The notes: generated by a model not told the origin, from the sequence alone. A stretch of 32,000 nt of DNA from Candidatus Saccharimonadota bacterium (GCA_001761425.1 CP012986.1:540001-572000), one strand, 5' to 3'. Positions 23,023 to 30,376 are shown, numbered from the stretch's first letter. Numbers and translations are program-made.

Positions 23023-23286
23023 TTAGGCCTTTTGGTTGGAGCTGTTGCTGTAAACTTTTTCTCCTTCGAGGAAAATTTTTCCATCTTCGTCTAGCATGAG
23101 TGAAAAATCTTCCTGGAAAAGGCCTATGATCTGGCTGTTTTCCCATTCTAGGCCTTCTTTCTTCATCTGTTTTTTCAGGAATTTTCTGGAGTTATCTCTG
23201 TCTGAGATTTTTTCCATGTCGATGTCAGGTTTGATGAAGATTATGTCGTTGTCTCCTCGTTCTGTATCTATTCTTTCTCTATTCAT
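23023..23286 (-). CDS. small hypothetical protein translationally coupled to ABCE1
   Basis: 87 aa from the ATG at complement 23284-23286 (MNRERIDTERGDNDIIFIKPD...). This ATG lies inside ATGAATAG, which overlaps the ABCE1 stop (TAG, 23279-23281). The longer track ORF (to 23382) would overlap the ABCE1 coding sequence. Confidence 0.5.
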   Translation of the reverse strand: MNRERIDTERGDNDIIFIKPDIDMEKISDRDNSRKFLKKQMKKEGLEWENSQIIGLFQEDFSLMLDEDGKIFLEGEKVYSNSSNQKA

Positions 23287-25105
23287 CGTCTTCGTCGCTT
23301 TCTTTTTTGATGGATTTTTGTTCATAGAACTCGTCGTTTTTCCTATGTTCTTTGTCTTTCTGGCTTCCTGGTTTGTTGGCACGAGGCCTTCCTGTCTCCG
23401 GGTCTCGTCTGAAGGTGATATCGACTTCTTCCAGGAATTCGTTCATAGCGTCTCCTATTTTCATTGGTTCAGTTGTTTTCCCTGTTTTTCCTGGTTCGCC
23501 TGTGAAAACCATTCCACGGTCTGCGATGTAGTCAAGCAGTAGAAGATCATGATCGATAACCATCAAGGGTTTCCCGGTTTTCCTCGCGAAACGCTTCAAG
23601 GCCTTTCCCAGTTCCACGCGGGATTCTACGTCCATGTAGGCAGAAGGTTCATCCAGCAGGTAGATGTCTGCGTCTCTTGCCAGGCAGATCGCTATGCCTA
23701 CACGCTGTAACTCTCCTCCTGACAGGTCTTCCAGGTTCTGCTCGTAAAGGTTTTGAAGGCCTAGCGGTTCTGCTATCCTGGCCTTGAACTTCTTTGATTG
23801 AGGGTTGACATGTTTGCCTATGGCGGTTTCTACAAGTTCATCCTTGGCCTCCAGGTACTGGGCCTTGTAGCTGATCGAGATGTCCGGAGCCTCTTCCTTC
23901 TCTGGCTCTAGTGCTCCTGCCAGCATCTTTGCGAAGGTGGTTTTTCCGACGCCGTTCTCGCCGAAGACTGCTAGAATTTCTTCCTCATGGAGAGTTCCTG
24001 CTTCTGTTTCAAGTTCGAACTCTTCTTCTCCAAAGTCTTTCCTCATTTCCGGGAAGTTGAAGGCCTCTGATTTTTTCTCGACCTGGGATCTCTTTGTCCT
24101 GTCGAAGTCTATGCTGTCGTCTCTGATTCTGAGATTATGTGTTTTCAGGTATCCTTCCAGGTACTGGTTTATACCCTCTCTTGTGCTTAAGGCGTTCGAT
24201 ACCATTCCGTAGGCAGCTGGTTCTCCGTGGAAGACATGGATTGCTGATGAGACAAGGTCAAGCGTTGCGAGGTCGTGTTCGACCACGAGAACAGCTTTTT
24301 CTTCGCCTAGTTCCTGAACTGCTCTTCCAACGTTCAAACGCTGCTTGACGTCCAGGAAAGATGAAGGCTCGTCGATAACGTATATCGAAGAATCCTTAAC
24401 AAGTGTAGAGGCGATAGCAACTCTCTGAAGTTCTCCACCGGAAAGCTCGCCAATATCTCTGTCCAGAAGATGGTCTATATCTAGCTTCTCAGCAAACATA
24501 TCAGCTGAGTCTTTCTCGTCAGCTTTTTCCAGTAAATCTCCGACCTCTCCGTCATGGAACTCCGGTATCTTATCCACCTGCTGGGGCTTGTAAGAGGCCT
24601 CTATCTCTTCCTCAGCCAGTTTGTTGAAGTGTTCCTGGAGGCCTGTCCCCCTGTATTCTTCCTTTATTTTTTTCCAGTCTGGAGGATTTTCGAATTCGCC
24701 AAGGTTTGGCTTTATATCTCCGGACAGGATTTTGAGTGCCGTGGATTTTCCGATCCCGTTTCTTCCGAGGATTCCTACTACACGGCCTTTCTGCGGTTCT
24801 GGTAAACCGTAGAGGCGGAAACTGTTTTCCCCGAACTGGTGGATCTGTTCTCCGAACTCTCTGTCGAGCCTGATCAGCTGTATAGCTCCTTCGTGAGGGT
24901 ACTTGTTTATCGCCATTTTGTGGGCCTCCATCACCTTCTCATTGTCGATATGTAGCTCTCCTTCTTCTGTGATGTGGAAGCCGCCTTCTTTTCCTGACCT
25001 GTTCAACGGATCGTAGTTGACAACTGTTTCCCGGGCCAGATCTGGCTCTATCTTTTCCTGATCGATCGCGACGATGAAACGCTTGCTGTTTTTGTCCGTG
25101 TTCAT
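23279..25105 (-). CDS. ABCE1: ABCE1 / RNase L inhibitor-type ribosome-recycling ATPase, with cysteine-free N-terminal domain
   Basis: 608 aa. It has two ABC cassettes: Walker A GRNGIGKST and GENGVGKTT, signature LSGGELQR twice, and Walker B IYVIDEPSS and IYLLDEPSA. The hinge and C-terminal RRDPETGRPRANK are typical of ABCE1. The N-terminal ~75 aa align to the Fe-S domain scaffold but lack all Cys. Confidence 0.9.
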   Translation of the reverse strand: MNTDKNSKRFIVAIDQEKIEPDLARETVVNYDPLNRSGKEGGFHITEEGELHIDNEKVMEAHKMAINKYPHEGAIQLIRLDREFGEQIHQFGENSFRLYGLPEPQKGRVVGILGRNGIGKSTALKILSGDIKPNLGEFENPPDWKKIKEEYRGTGLQEHFNKLAEEEIEASYKPQQVDKIPEFHDGEVGDLLEKADEKDSADMFAEKLDIDHLLDRDIGELSGGELQRVAIASTLVKDSSIYVIDEPSSFLDVKQRLNVGRAVQELGEEKAVLVVEHDLATLDLVSSAIHVFHGEPAAYGMVSNALSTREGINQYLEGYLKTHNLRIRDDSIDFDRTKRSQVEKKSEAFNFPEMRKDFGEEEFELETEAGTLHEEEILAVFGENGVGKTTFAKMLAGALEPEKEEAPDISISYKAQYLEAKDELVETAIGKHVNPQSKKFKARIAEPLGLQNLYEQNLEDLSGGELQRVGIAICLARDADIYLLDEPSAYMDVESRVELGKALKRFARKTGKPLMVIDHDLLLLDYIADRGMVFTGEPGKTGKTTEPMKIGDAMNEFLEEVDITFRRDPETGRPRANKPGSQKDKEHRKNDEFYEQKSIKKESDEDDE

Positions 25106-25212
25106 ACTCTAGGATTCATCCTGAAGAATTTTAATACCGACCGCGTAGAAACCAGGAAAGGCCTTAGAATAGGAGAAGAGAAAAAAATTTTTGAAATGTG
25201 TGAGCGATGTTT

Positions 25213-25716
25213 TTACTCGAAGGAGAGCTCGTACTTGGTTCCTGTGATCTCTTCGATGATTTCTTCGAACTCGTCCTCGCTGAGGTTGATCTTGCCTTCG
25301 TACTCGTCGCTGACAACGACCTTCTTGTACTCTCCCTCGGGGCTGAAGACTGTGTTAATAGACTGGACTTCAGCTGGGCTGAGAAGGCCTTTGATGACAT
25401 CTCTGTCATCTTTGCTTCTCTCGACAACCCTGATAGATTTATCGATCTCTTCAGCGACTTTCTTGACAATCTCGCCGCTTCTGCCTACTACCTTTGCGCC
25501 GTCGCCTTCTGCTGTTACTATAATGACGACGTTCTCGGTGTCGTAGACGTGAAGAATCTCTGAGTCCCGTAATGAGCCGTACTCACTGCTTAGATCCTTC
25601 AAGGTTCTGCTTACTTCGATTTCGAGTTCTGAGATCTCTCCGTTCTCCAGCTTCTCCTCACACTTGCTGCAGAGAACATCGCTCTTTAGACATACATTAC
25701 ATATTGGAGCCTTCAT
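25213..25716 (-). CDS. Zn-ribbon plus KH-domain RNA-binding protein (archaeal NusA-like/KH family)
   Basis: 167 aa. N-terminal CNVC-x7-CSKC zinc ribbon and a KH GxxG motif (VVGRSGEIVKKV). Confidence 0.65.
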   Translation of the reverse strand: MKAPICNVCLKSDVLCSKCEEKLENGEISELEIEVSRTLKDLSSEYGSLRDSEILHVYDTENVVIIVTAEGDGAKVVGRSGEIVKKVAEEIDKSIRVVERSKDDRDVIKGLLSPAEVQSINTVFSPEGEYKKVVVSDEYEGKINLSEDEFEEIIEEITGTKYELSFE

Positions 25717-25794
25717 ACAAGGTAAAGGGTGCGGGAAAAATTAAATACTTGAGGAACACAACACAACAACTTACAAACAAAAAACAGGAAGGCC

Positions 25795-26295
25795 TTAAAA
25801 ACCTGTTTCGAACGATCTGTACAGCATGTAGACTGAATCAAAACCGGCGACAAGGCCTACAGCCACAAGACCGTAGAACAGCAGGTACTGGTTGATCAAG
25901 AGGCCTAGAAACGCTGCGATCAAAAGGCCTACGCGGATTTCCTGTCCTAGTAAACCTTCTTTTTCTCTGACACTTTTACTTACAGTTCCATAAAACGCTA
26001 CTAATCCTATGACGGCTGCGGTGGCTGCAGCTCCTGCAGGATAGCCTATCAAAGCTGCTGAAAGAGCCAGAAGTTCTCCTCCATCTTTCGAGGCCTTTAA
26101 CGCTGTTTTCATGTGTTTTGTTCTTCCTGTCTTCCGGGAAGTTTTTTCCGCGTTCTTTATCAGTACTGCGGCTGTTGCTGTAAGTAAAGCAGCTATAAGG
26201 CCTTTCATACTGTGGTTTAGTATAAGTGCGGTGGATGCTGTGATTATCGAAAGCAGTGCTCCTGAGATTTTCAGGTAGAAATTCTGGTTTTCCAC
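25795..26295 (-). CDS. hypothetical integral membrane protein (about 4 TM segments)
   Basis: 166 aa. Hydrophobic stretches are ISGALLSIITASTALIL, LIAALLTATAAVLI, LLALSAALIGYPAGAAATAAVIGLVAFYG and VGLLIAAFLGLLINQYLLFYGLVAVGLVAGF. Confidence 0.6.
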   Translation of the reverse strand: MENQNFYLKISGALLSIITASTALILNHSMKGLIAALLTATAAVLIKNAEKTSRKTGRTKHMKTALKASKDGGELLALSAALIGYPAGAAATAAVIGLVAFYGTVSKSVREKEGLLGQEIRVGLLIAAFLGLLINQYLLFYGLVAVGLVAGFDSVYMLYRSFETGF

Positions 26296-26371
26296 GTTTT
26301 TGTTATTACGTGGGAAGAGTTAAACAGTTTTCCCTGTTTTTGGAGATTTAATAAAGAGTAAGGCAGTGAGG

Positions 26372-26441
26372 AAGGCGTTTCCCGCGTAAGGGGGGGGGGA
26401 GGGGGAGTTTTCGTGTTAAACGAAATGCGGGATTTTGCCTT
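26372..26441. other. imperfect long hairpin with G10-A-G5 tract in the loop
   Basis: AAGGC (26372-26376) and TCCCGC (26380-26385) pair with GCGGGA (26427-26432) and GCCTT (26437-26441). The loop holds G10AG5 (26390-26405) and a nested TTTCG/CGAAA mini-hairpin. Confidence 0.5.
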
Positions 26442-26471
26442 TCTCCTGCCTGTTGAAATATAGGTTTTAGG

Positions 26472-26520
26472 GGAGGAAAGTCGTGAGTGAGGGGGGAGGG
26501 GGGGTTGTTGACTTTCCTCC
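26472..26520. other. perfect 11-bp hairpin with G6-A-G7 tract in the loop
   Basis: GGAGGAAAGTC (26472-26482) is the exact reverse complement of GACTTTCCTCC (26510-26520). The 27-nt loop contains GGGGGGAGGGGGGG (26491-26504). Confidence 0.6.
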
Positions 26521-26623
26521 TCTAACATCATTTTTAGAGGCCTTTGAGGGCCTCGCTTTCAGTCTCTGGAAGGTCGGAAATCGAAGATTTTCTGGAGCTC
26601 CCAGAACTCTTCGACTTCGGTCG

Positions 26624-27697
26624 TTATTTCATCACTTCGAGGCCTAGGTCGTTGACGTCTCCTGTTACTTCTGTTTCGGATTGTTTCTCGTCTTCCAGGT
26701 CTCCGAGGACGTATGGTGATTCGACTCCTGTTACGATTGAGATTACCTGTAGTTTGCCCTGTAGCTGGTCTTTGATTCTTGCGCCCCAGATTACCTGTGC
26801 CTGTTTGTCGAGTTTTTCCTGGACTCTCTGTCCTACGCTGTTGATTTCGTTGAGTGTGAGGTCTTCGCCTCCTGCGACATGTAACAATGCGCCGTTGGCT
26901 CCGTCGAACTCTACATCAAGCAGTGGGTTGGATAATGCTTCGTGGATTGCTTCTTCTCCCTTGTTGTTGGTGTCGCTTTCTCCGTATCCTACTACTGCTA
27001 CGCCTCCCTCGTTCATGATTGCCTGTACATCTGCGTAGTCCAGGTTGACTAGTGAAGGCTGGCTGATTGTCTCTGTGATTCCCTTGATCATCGTTGTAAT
27101 AAGCTCGTCGGCTACTCCGAAGGCCTGGTCGAGAGGCATGTCACCTGCTATATCTAGTAGCTTGTCGTTTTCGATGACGATCGCGGTATCGACATGTTGT
27201 CTCAGTCTGTAGAGGCCGTCTTCTGCCTTTGACATTCGTGCGCCTTCGATCTCGAAAGGCATTGTCACTGTCCCGATTACTATGCAGTCCTCCTTCTTCG
27301 CGATCTCTGCGAGGACTGGTGCTGCTCCTGTTCCTGTTCCTCCTCCCATACCCGCTGTGAGGAAGACCATGTCTGCGTCTTTGAACAGGTTGCGTAGTTC
27401 AGCACGGTTCTCTTCTGCTGACCGGGCTCCTTTCTCAGGTTTACCTCCAGCTCCAAGGCCTCTTGTCAGGTCTTTTCCTACCAGTATTTTACGGTCGGCG
27501 GAGGACATTTCCAGGTGCTGTTTATCGGTGTTGATCGCTACTGTCTCAGCGCCTTCAACTTCCTTCTTCTGTATCCTGGTGACCTGGTTGTTGCCAGCTC
27601 CTCCTACTCCTACAACTATAATTTTAGCGTCCTTCATTTCGTCAAGATTTTCTGTGGATTTTTCGTCCGTTTGAGCGTTGTCGATTATAGATTCCAT
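26624..27697 (-). CDS. ftsZ: cell division GTPase FtsZ
   Basis: 357 aa. GVGGAGNN, tubulin signature GGGTGTGAAPV, NTD motif (AINTD), and the T7 loop region (LVNLDYADV). Confidence 0.93.
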   Translation of the reverse strand: MESIIDNAQTDEKSTENLDEMKDAKIIVVGVGGAGNNQVTRIQKKEVEGAETVAINTDKQHLEMSSADRKILVGKDLTRGLGAGGKPEKGARSAEENRAELRNLFKDADMVFLTAGMGGGTGTGAAPVLAEIAKKEDCIVIGTVTMPFEIEGARMSKAEDGLYRLRQHVDTAIVIENDKLLDIAGDMPLDQAFGVADELITTMIKGITETISQPSLVNLDYADVQAIMNEGGVAVVGYGESDTNNKGEEAIHEALSNPLLDVEFDGANGALLHVAGGEDLTLNEINSVGQRVQEKLDKQAQVIWGARIKDQLQGKLQVISIVTGVESPYVLGDLEDEKQSETEVTGDVNDLGLEVMK

Positions 27698-27773
27698 TGT
27701 AATATCAGCCTTCAGTCTTCCCGTACCCGAACCTTTTTAAGTCGGTATAGGTAATTCTACCATAGAACTAATT

Positions 27774-27929
27774 GAGTCTTGCCCTAGACTCGAAACATTC
27801 AATATTCGATTTCGAACGCCCAAGTTCGAAGCCCAAACGTATGTCAAATTTCGCAAGCCCTTGAACCTTACTCGTGCCCAAACGAGTGAAGTTCGAACCA
27901 AGTCCTGTTCGCGCCCAAACGAAAGGACC
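27774..27929. repeat. array of four short hairpins displaying GCCC(A/T)-type loops plus two unpaired copies of the same word
   Basis: The four hairpins are:
- 27774-27791: GAGTCT-tgccct-AGACTC.
- 27811-27830: TTCGAAC-gcccaa-GTTCGAA.
- 27870-27887: ACTCG-tgcccaaa-CGAGT.
- 27902-27928: GTCCT-g-TTCG-cgcccaaa-CGAAAGGAC.
Extra copies of the word are GCCCAAAC at 27831-27838 and AGCCCTTG at 27856-27863. Confidence 0.6.
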
Positions 27930-27976
27930 CTAAATCTGAATCAGTATCTTGCTTGTGTTAACATTTACGAGGGTCG

Positions 27977-28041
27977 TTTATAAATCTTCTGACAATTCCG
28001 TGATTGTTCATGAAATCGTTAACTGTTCATGACTGTTCACA
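27977..28041 (+). promoter_or_regulatory. consensus TATA box followed by three phased TGTTCA direct repeats upstream of gatC
   Basis: TTTATAAA lies at 27977-27984. The repeats are TTGTTCATGA (28004-28013), CTGTTCATGA (28023-28032) and CTGTTCACA (28033-28041), with spacing of about 19-20 and 10 nt. The gatC ATG is at 28121. Confidence 0.4.
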
Positions 28042-28120
28042 CGAAAAGTTTTACGGAAAGATAAGGCCTTACAGTTCTCAAACAGGTTAATACAAAAATC
28101 TGGTTGTCGACAAGAATAAC

Positions 28121-28399
28121 ATGGTAGATGCCGATAAAGTCCAGGAAGTCGCGGAGAACGCAAGGATAAATATCAGCGAGGATGAGGCCTCGGACTTTGC
28201 AGAAGATTTCGATGAGGTGCTTGAGATGTTCGAGAAACTGGAGGAAGTAGATACTGAAGACGTTGAACCTGCTTTCCATCCCATCGACATAAGTCCTGAG
28301 ACCAGGGAAGATGAGAAGGAAGAGACCCTGGAAAAAAGCGAGGTCTTCAGGAATACGGAAAATGAGGAAGAAGGATTTTTCAGAGGCCCTTCCGCGTAA
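28121..28399 (+). CDS. gatC: Asp/Glu-tRNA amidotransferase subunit C
   Basis: 92 aa. VDADKVQEVAENARINISEDEASDFAEDFDEVLEMFEKLEEVDTEDVEP has the typical GatC layout and size. Confidence 0.8.
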   Translation: MVDADKVQEVAENARINISEDEASDFAEDFDEVLEMFEKLEEVDTEDVEPAFHPIDISPETREDEKEETLEKSEVFRNTENEEEGFFRGPSA

Positions 28400-28432
28400 A
28401 GTTTAACTTCAAGGCCTTAACTATTCTTTTTC

Positions 28433-28924
28433 ATGAAGATAGGGATAGTATCCGATACTCATGACAACCTTGAACTCGTGGAGAAGGCAATCGATTTCTT
28501 TGAAGATGAAGACTGTGAAAAGGTCATCCACTGCGGAGATGTGGTCTCACCTTTTACAGCAGAGCTTTTCGACGCCGACTTCGAATTCCACTGCGTGAGA
28601 GGGAACAATGACGGAGAATGGAACCTGAAATCCGTGGTGGAGGAGTTCGGAACTTTCTACAATAACGTGGCGGAGCTGGAGATAGATGATCTAGAGATCG
28701 CATTCTACCATGGGACGGGAGAAGAGATCGTAGAAGGCCTTGTGGAGAAAGATTATGATTTCGTTTTCAGAGGCCATACGCACAGGAAGAAAGTATCTGA
28801 AAAATCATCTACTATCGAGTTAAATCCCGGTGGAATCCGTCTTCCAGATCAGGAGGAAGAGTTTCACGTCGCAGTCCTCCATACAGAAAGTAGAGAGTTC
28901 GAGTTCCACAGGATAAAGGCCTGA
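28433..28924 (+). CDS. YfcE/MJ0936-family metallophosphoesterase
   Basis: 163 aa. Motifs in order are SDTHDN, HCGD, GNNDGE and GHTH. Confidence 0.85.
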   Translation: MKIGIVSDTHDNLELVEKAIDFFEDEDCEKVIHCGDVVSPFTAELFDADFEFHCVRGNNDGEWNLKSVVEEFGTFYNNVAELEIDDLEIAFYHGTGEEIVEGLVEKDYDFVFRGHTHRKKVSEKSSTIELNPGGIRLPDQEEEFHVAVLHTESREFEFHRIKA

Positions 28925-29007
28925 GCCATGAGATTTACTTCTGAATAAGGCCTTTCAGCGATGGCTTGAAGAATGAATTTTTAAGATTCTCCTCGGGAAC
29001 TTAGAGT

Positions 29008-30369
29008 ATGACTGTGGAGGAAGTCGTTGAAAAGGACGAAAAGATTGACAGCAAGGAGTTTCTGGAGGAATTGAAACAGGTAGACGAGAAGTACAACCTG
29101 ATGAGAGAGATCAAGAATGGGGAAAAGAGCCATGGAGAACTTGAGAAGATTCCGTTCGTCGTCAAAGACGCGATTGCGACAGAAGGAGTCACAACTTCCG
29201 CAGGCAGTAAAATACTTGAAGATTACAGGCCTGTATTCGATGCCACGGTCGTAAAACGTTTGAAAAAATCTGGAGCACAGTTTTTCGGGAAAACAGAACA
29301 GGACGAGTTCGGCTTCGGAACATTCTCCACAAACAACGCATTCACAACGCCAAAAAATCCTCATGATGAGGAAAGAGTGGTCGGTGGATCTTCTGGAGGC
29401 GCAGGAGCGGTAGTCGCTGCCATGGACAAACCCTTGATCTCGATCGGGGAAAGCACAGGAGGCTCGATCACCAACCCGGCCGCATACAACGGAGTCGTCG
29501 GAATCACACCGACCTACGGAAGAGTCTCACGCTACGGCCTCGTAGACTACGCGAACAGTCTGGACAAGATCGGAGTCCTGGCAGAAAATGTTTACGGCGC
29601 AGCGAAAGGCCTTGAAGTGATCGCAGGGCATGATGAAAACGATCAGACAACAGCAGAGAAAAAAGTACCAGAATACTCAGATCTGGAGAAAAAACAGGAT
29701 CTGAAAGTTGGGGTTCCGAAGCAGTATCTGGAGCTTGAAGGCCTTGAAGAAGGCGTGAAGGAGAACTTCGAGGAATCTCTGGAAAAGCTTGAGGAGACGG
29801 GTGCAGAGGTTGAAAAAGTTGATATGCCTCTTCTCTCCGCAGATTATGCAGTACCTTCTTACTACGTTCTTGCGATGGCTGAGGCCTCTACCAACCTGGC
29901 GAAGATGTCAGGAATAAGGTATGGCCTCGAGATGGATCCTGAGAACTTCGAAGACTTCAATGAGTACTTCTCTGAGGTCAGATCCGAGGGTTTCGGCGAG
30001 GAAGCGAAGAGAAGAATCCTGCTTGGAACATATACTAGAATGGCAGGTTACAGGGACCAGTACTACATCAAAGCAGCTGAGGTTAGACAGAAGATAATCA
30101 ACCAGTACAAAGAGGCCTTTGAAGAATTTGATGTCCTTCTGTCACCTTCTATGCCGAATATTGCGCCGAAGATTGAAGAGGCCGAGAGCATGGATCCTGC
30201 CGAGATTTATGCGATGGATACTTTGACGGTAGGGCCTAACCTTGCTGGTTTACCGATGATCTCCGTTCCTAACGGGAAAAGCGAGGGTATGCCTACAGGC
30301 CTTCATATTGTCGGCGACCATTTTGAAGAAAAAAAGATCCTGGATGTTGCTTACAGTTACAGGCGGTGA
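29008..30369 (+). CDS. gatA: Asp/Glu-tRNA amidotransferase subunit A (amidase signature family)
   Basis: 453 aa. Amidase signature GGSSGGAGAVVA, catalytic Ser in ESTGGSITNPAA, and GITPTYGRVSRYGL. TATA-like AATTTTTAAG lies about 28 nt upstream of the ATG. Confidence 0.88.
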   Translation: MTVEEVVEKDEKIDSKEFLEELKQVDEKYNLMREIKNGEKSHGELEKIPFVVKDAIATEGVTTSAGSKILEDYRPVFDATVVKRLKKSGAQFFGKTEQDEFGFGTFSTNNAFTTPKNPHDEERVVGGSSGGAGAVVAAMDKPLISIGESTGGSITNPAAYNGVVGITPTYGRVSRYGLVDYANSLDKIGVLAENVYGAAKGLEVIAGHDENDQTTAEKKVPEYSDLEKKQDLKVGVPKQYLELEGLEEGVKENFEESLEKLEETGAEVEKVDMPLLSADYAVPSYYVLAMAEASTNLAKMSGIRYGLEMDPENFEDFNEYFSEVRSEGFGEEAKRRILLGTYTRMAGYRDQYYIKAAEVRQKIINQYKEAFEEFDVLLSPSMPNIAPKIEEAESMDPAEIYAMDTLTVGPNLAGLPMISVPNGKSEGMPTGLHIVGDHFEEKKILDVAYSYRR

Positions 30370-30376
30370 TTTATTT

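Noticed and set aside
22998-23084. 29-residue N-terminal extension of the SDR ORF (MEKFSSKEKKFTATAPTKRPKVQDRQSFS).
   Set aside because: It overlaps the 3' end of the upstream small ORF, is basic and non-homologous to SDR N-termini, and the Rossmann motif follows naturally from Met30.
22537-23094. 185-aa plus-strand ORF antisense to the SDR gene.
   Set aside because: It is entirely antisense to a gene with TGxxxGIG and YxxxK motifs. It is a low-complexity Ser/Ala/Phe-rich sequence and a shadow ORF.
25164-25563. ORFs 25164..25469 (-), 25196..25546 (+) and 25207..25563 (+) overlapping the KH-domain gene.
   Set aside because: They are alternative-frame or antisense to the Zn-ribbon/KH ORF, which has a clear CxxC...CxxC plus GxxG architecture. 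They are Ser/Leu-rich and low-complexity.
26271-26531. 86-aa minus-strand ORF with poly-Pro runs (QQPPLPPHS...PPPPPL).
   Set aside because: The prolines are simply the translation of the complement of the two G-tracts. It overlaps the start of the membrane-protein gene and has no coding-like composition. The region is treated as non-coding hairpins instead.
26544-27674. Plus-strand ORFs 26544..27038 (164 aa) and 27282..27674 (130 aa).
   Set aside because: They are antisense to ftsZ, which has the GGGTGTG signature. They are Ser/Pro/Thr-rich shadow ORFs.
27811-27900. GTTCGAA boxes that resemble tRNA T-loops (GTTCGAAxC), raising the idea of a tRNA or split-tRNA gene in the ftsZ-gatC spacer.
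   Set aside because: I could not build T-stems, an acceptor stem or an anticodon arm around any copy on either strand. The boxes are better explained as the arms of the GCCCAA-loop hairpins.
27774-28041. Possible CRISPR array in the repeat-rich spacer.
   Set aside because: The repeat units are only about 8-20 nt and irregularly spaced (13-37 nt). There is no repeat-spacer periodicity and no cas genes in the window.
30308-30376. N-terminal extension of the polyprenyl synthase ORF into gatA (MSATILKKKRSWMLLTVTGGDLF).
   Set aside because: It overlaps the gatA 3' end by up to 62 nt and is basic and hydrophobic, unlike the rest of the protein. A later start (TTG at 30377 or ATG at 30344) is more plausible, but the exact start remains uncertain.
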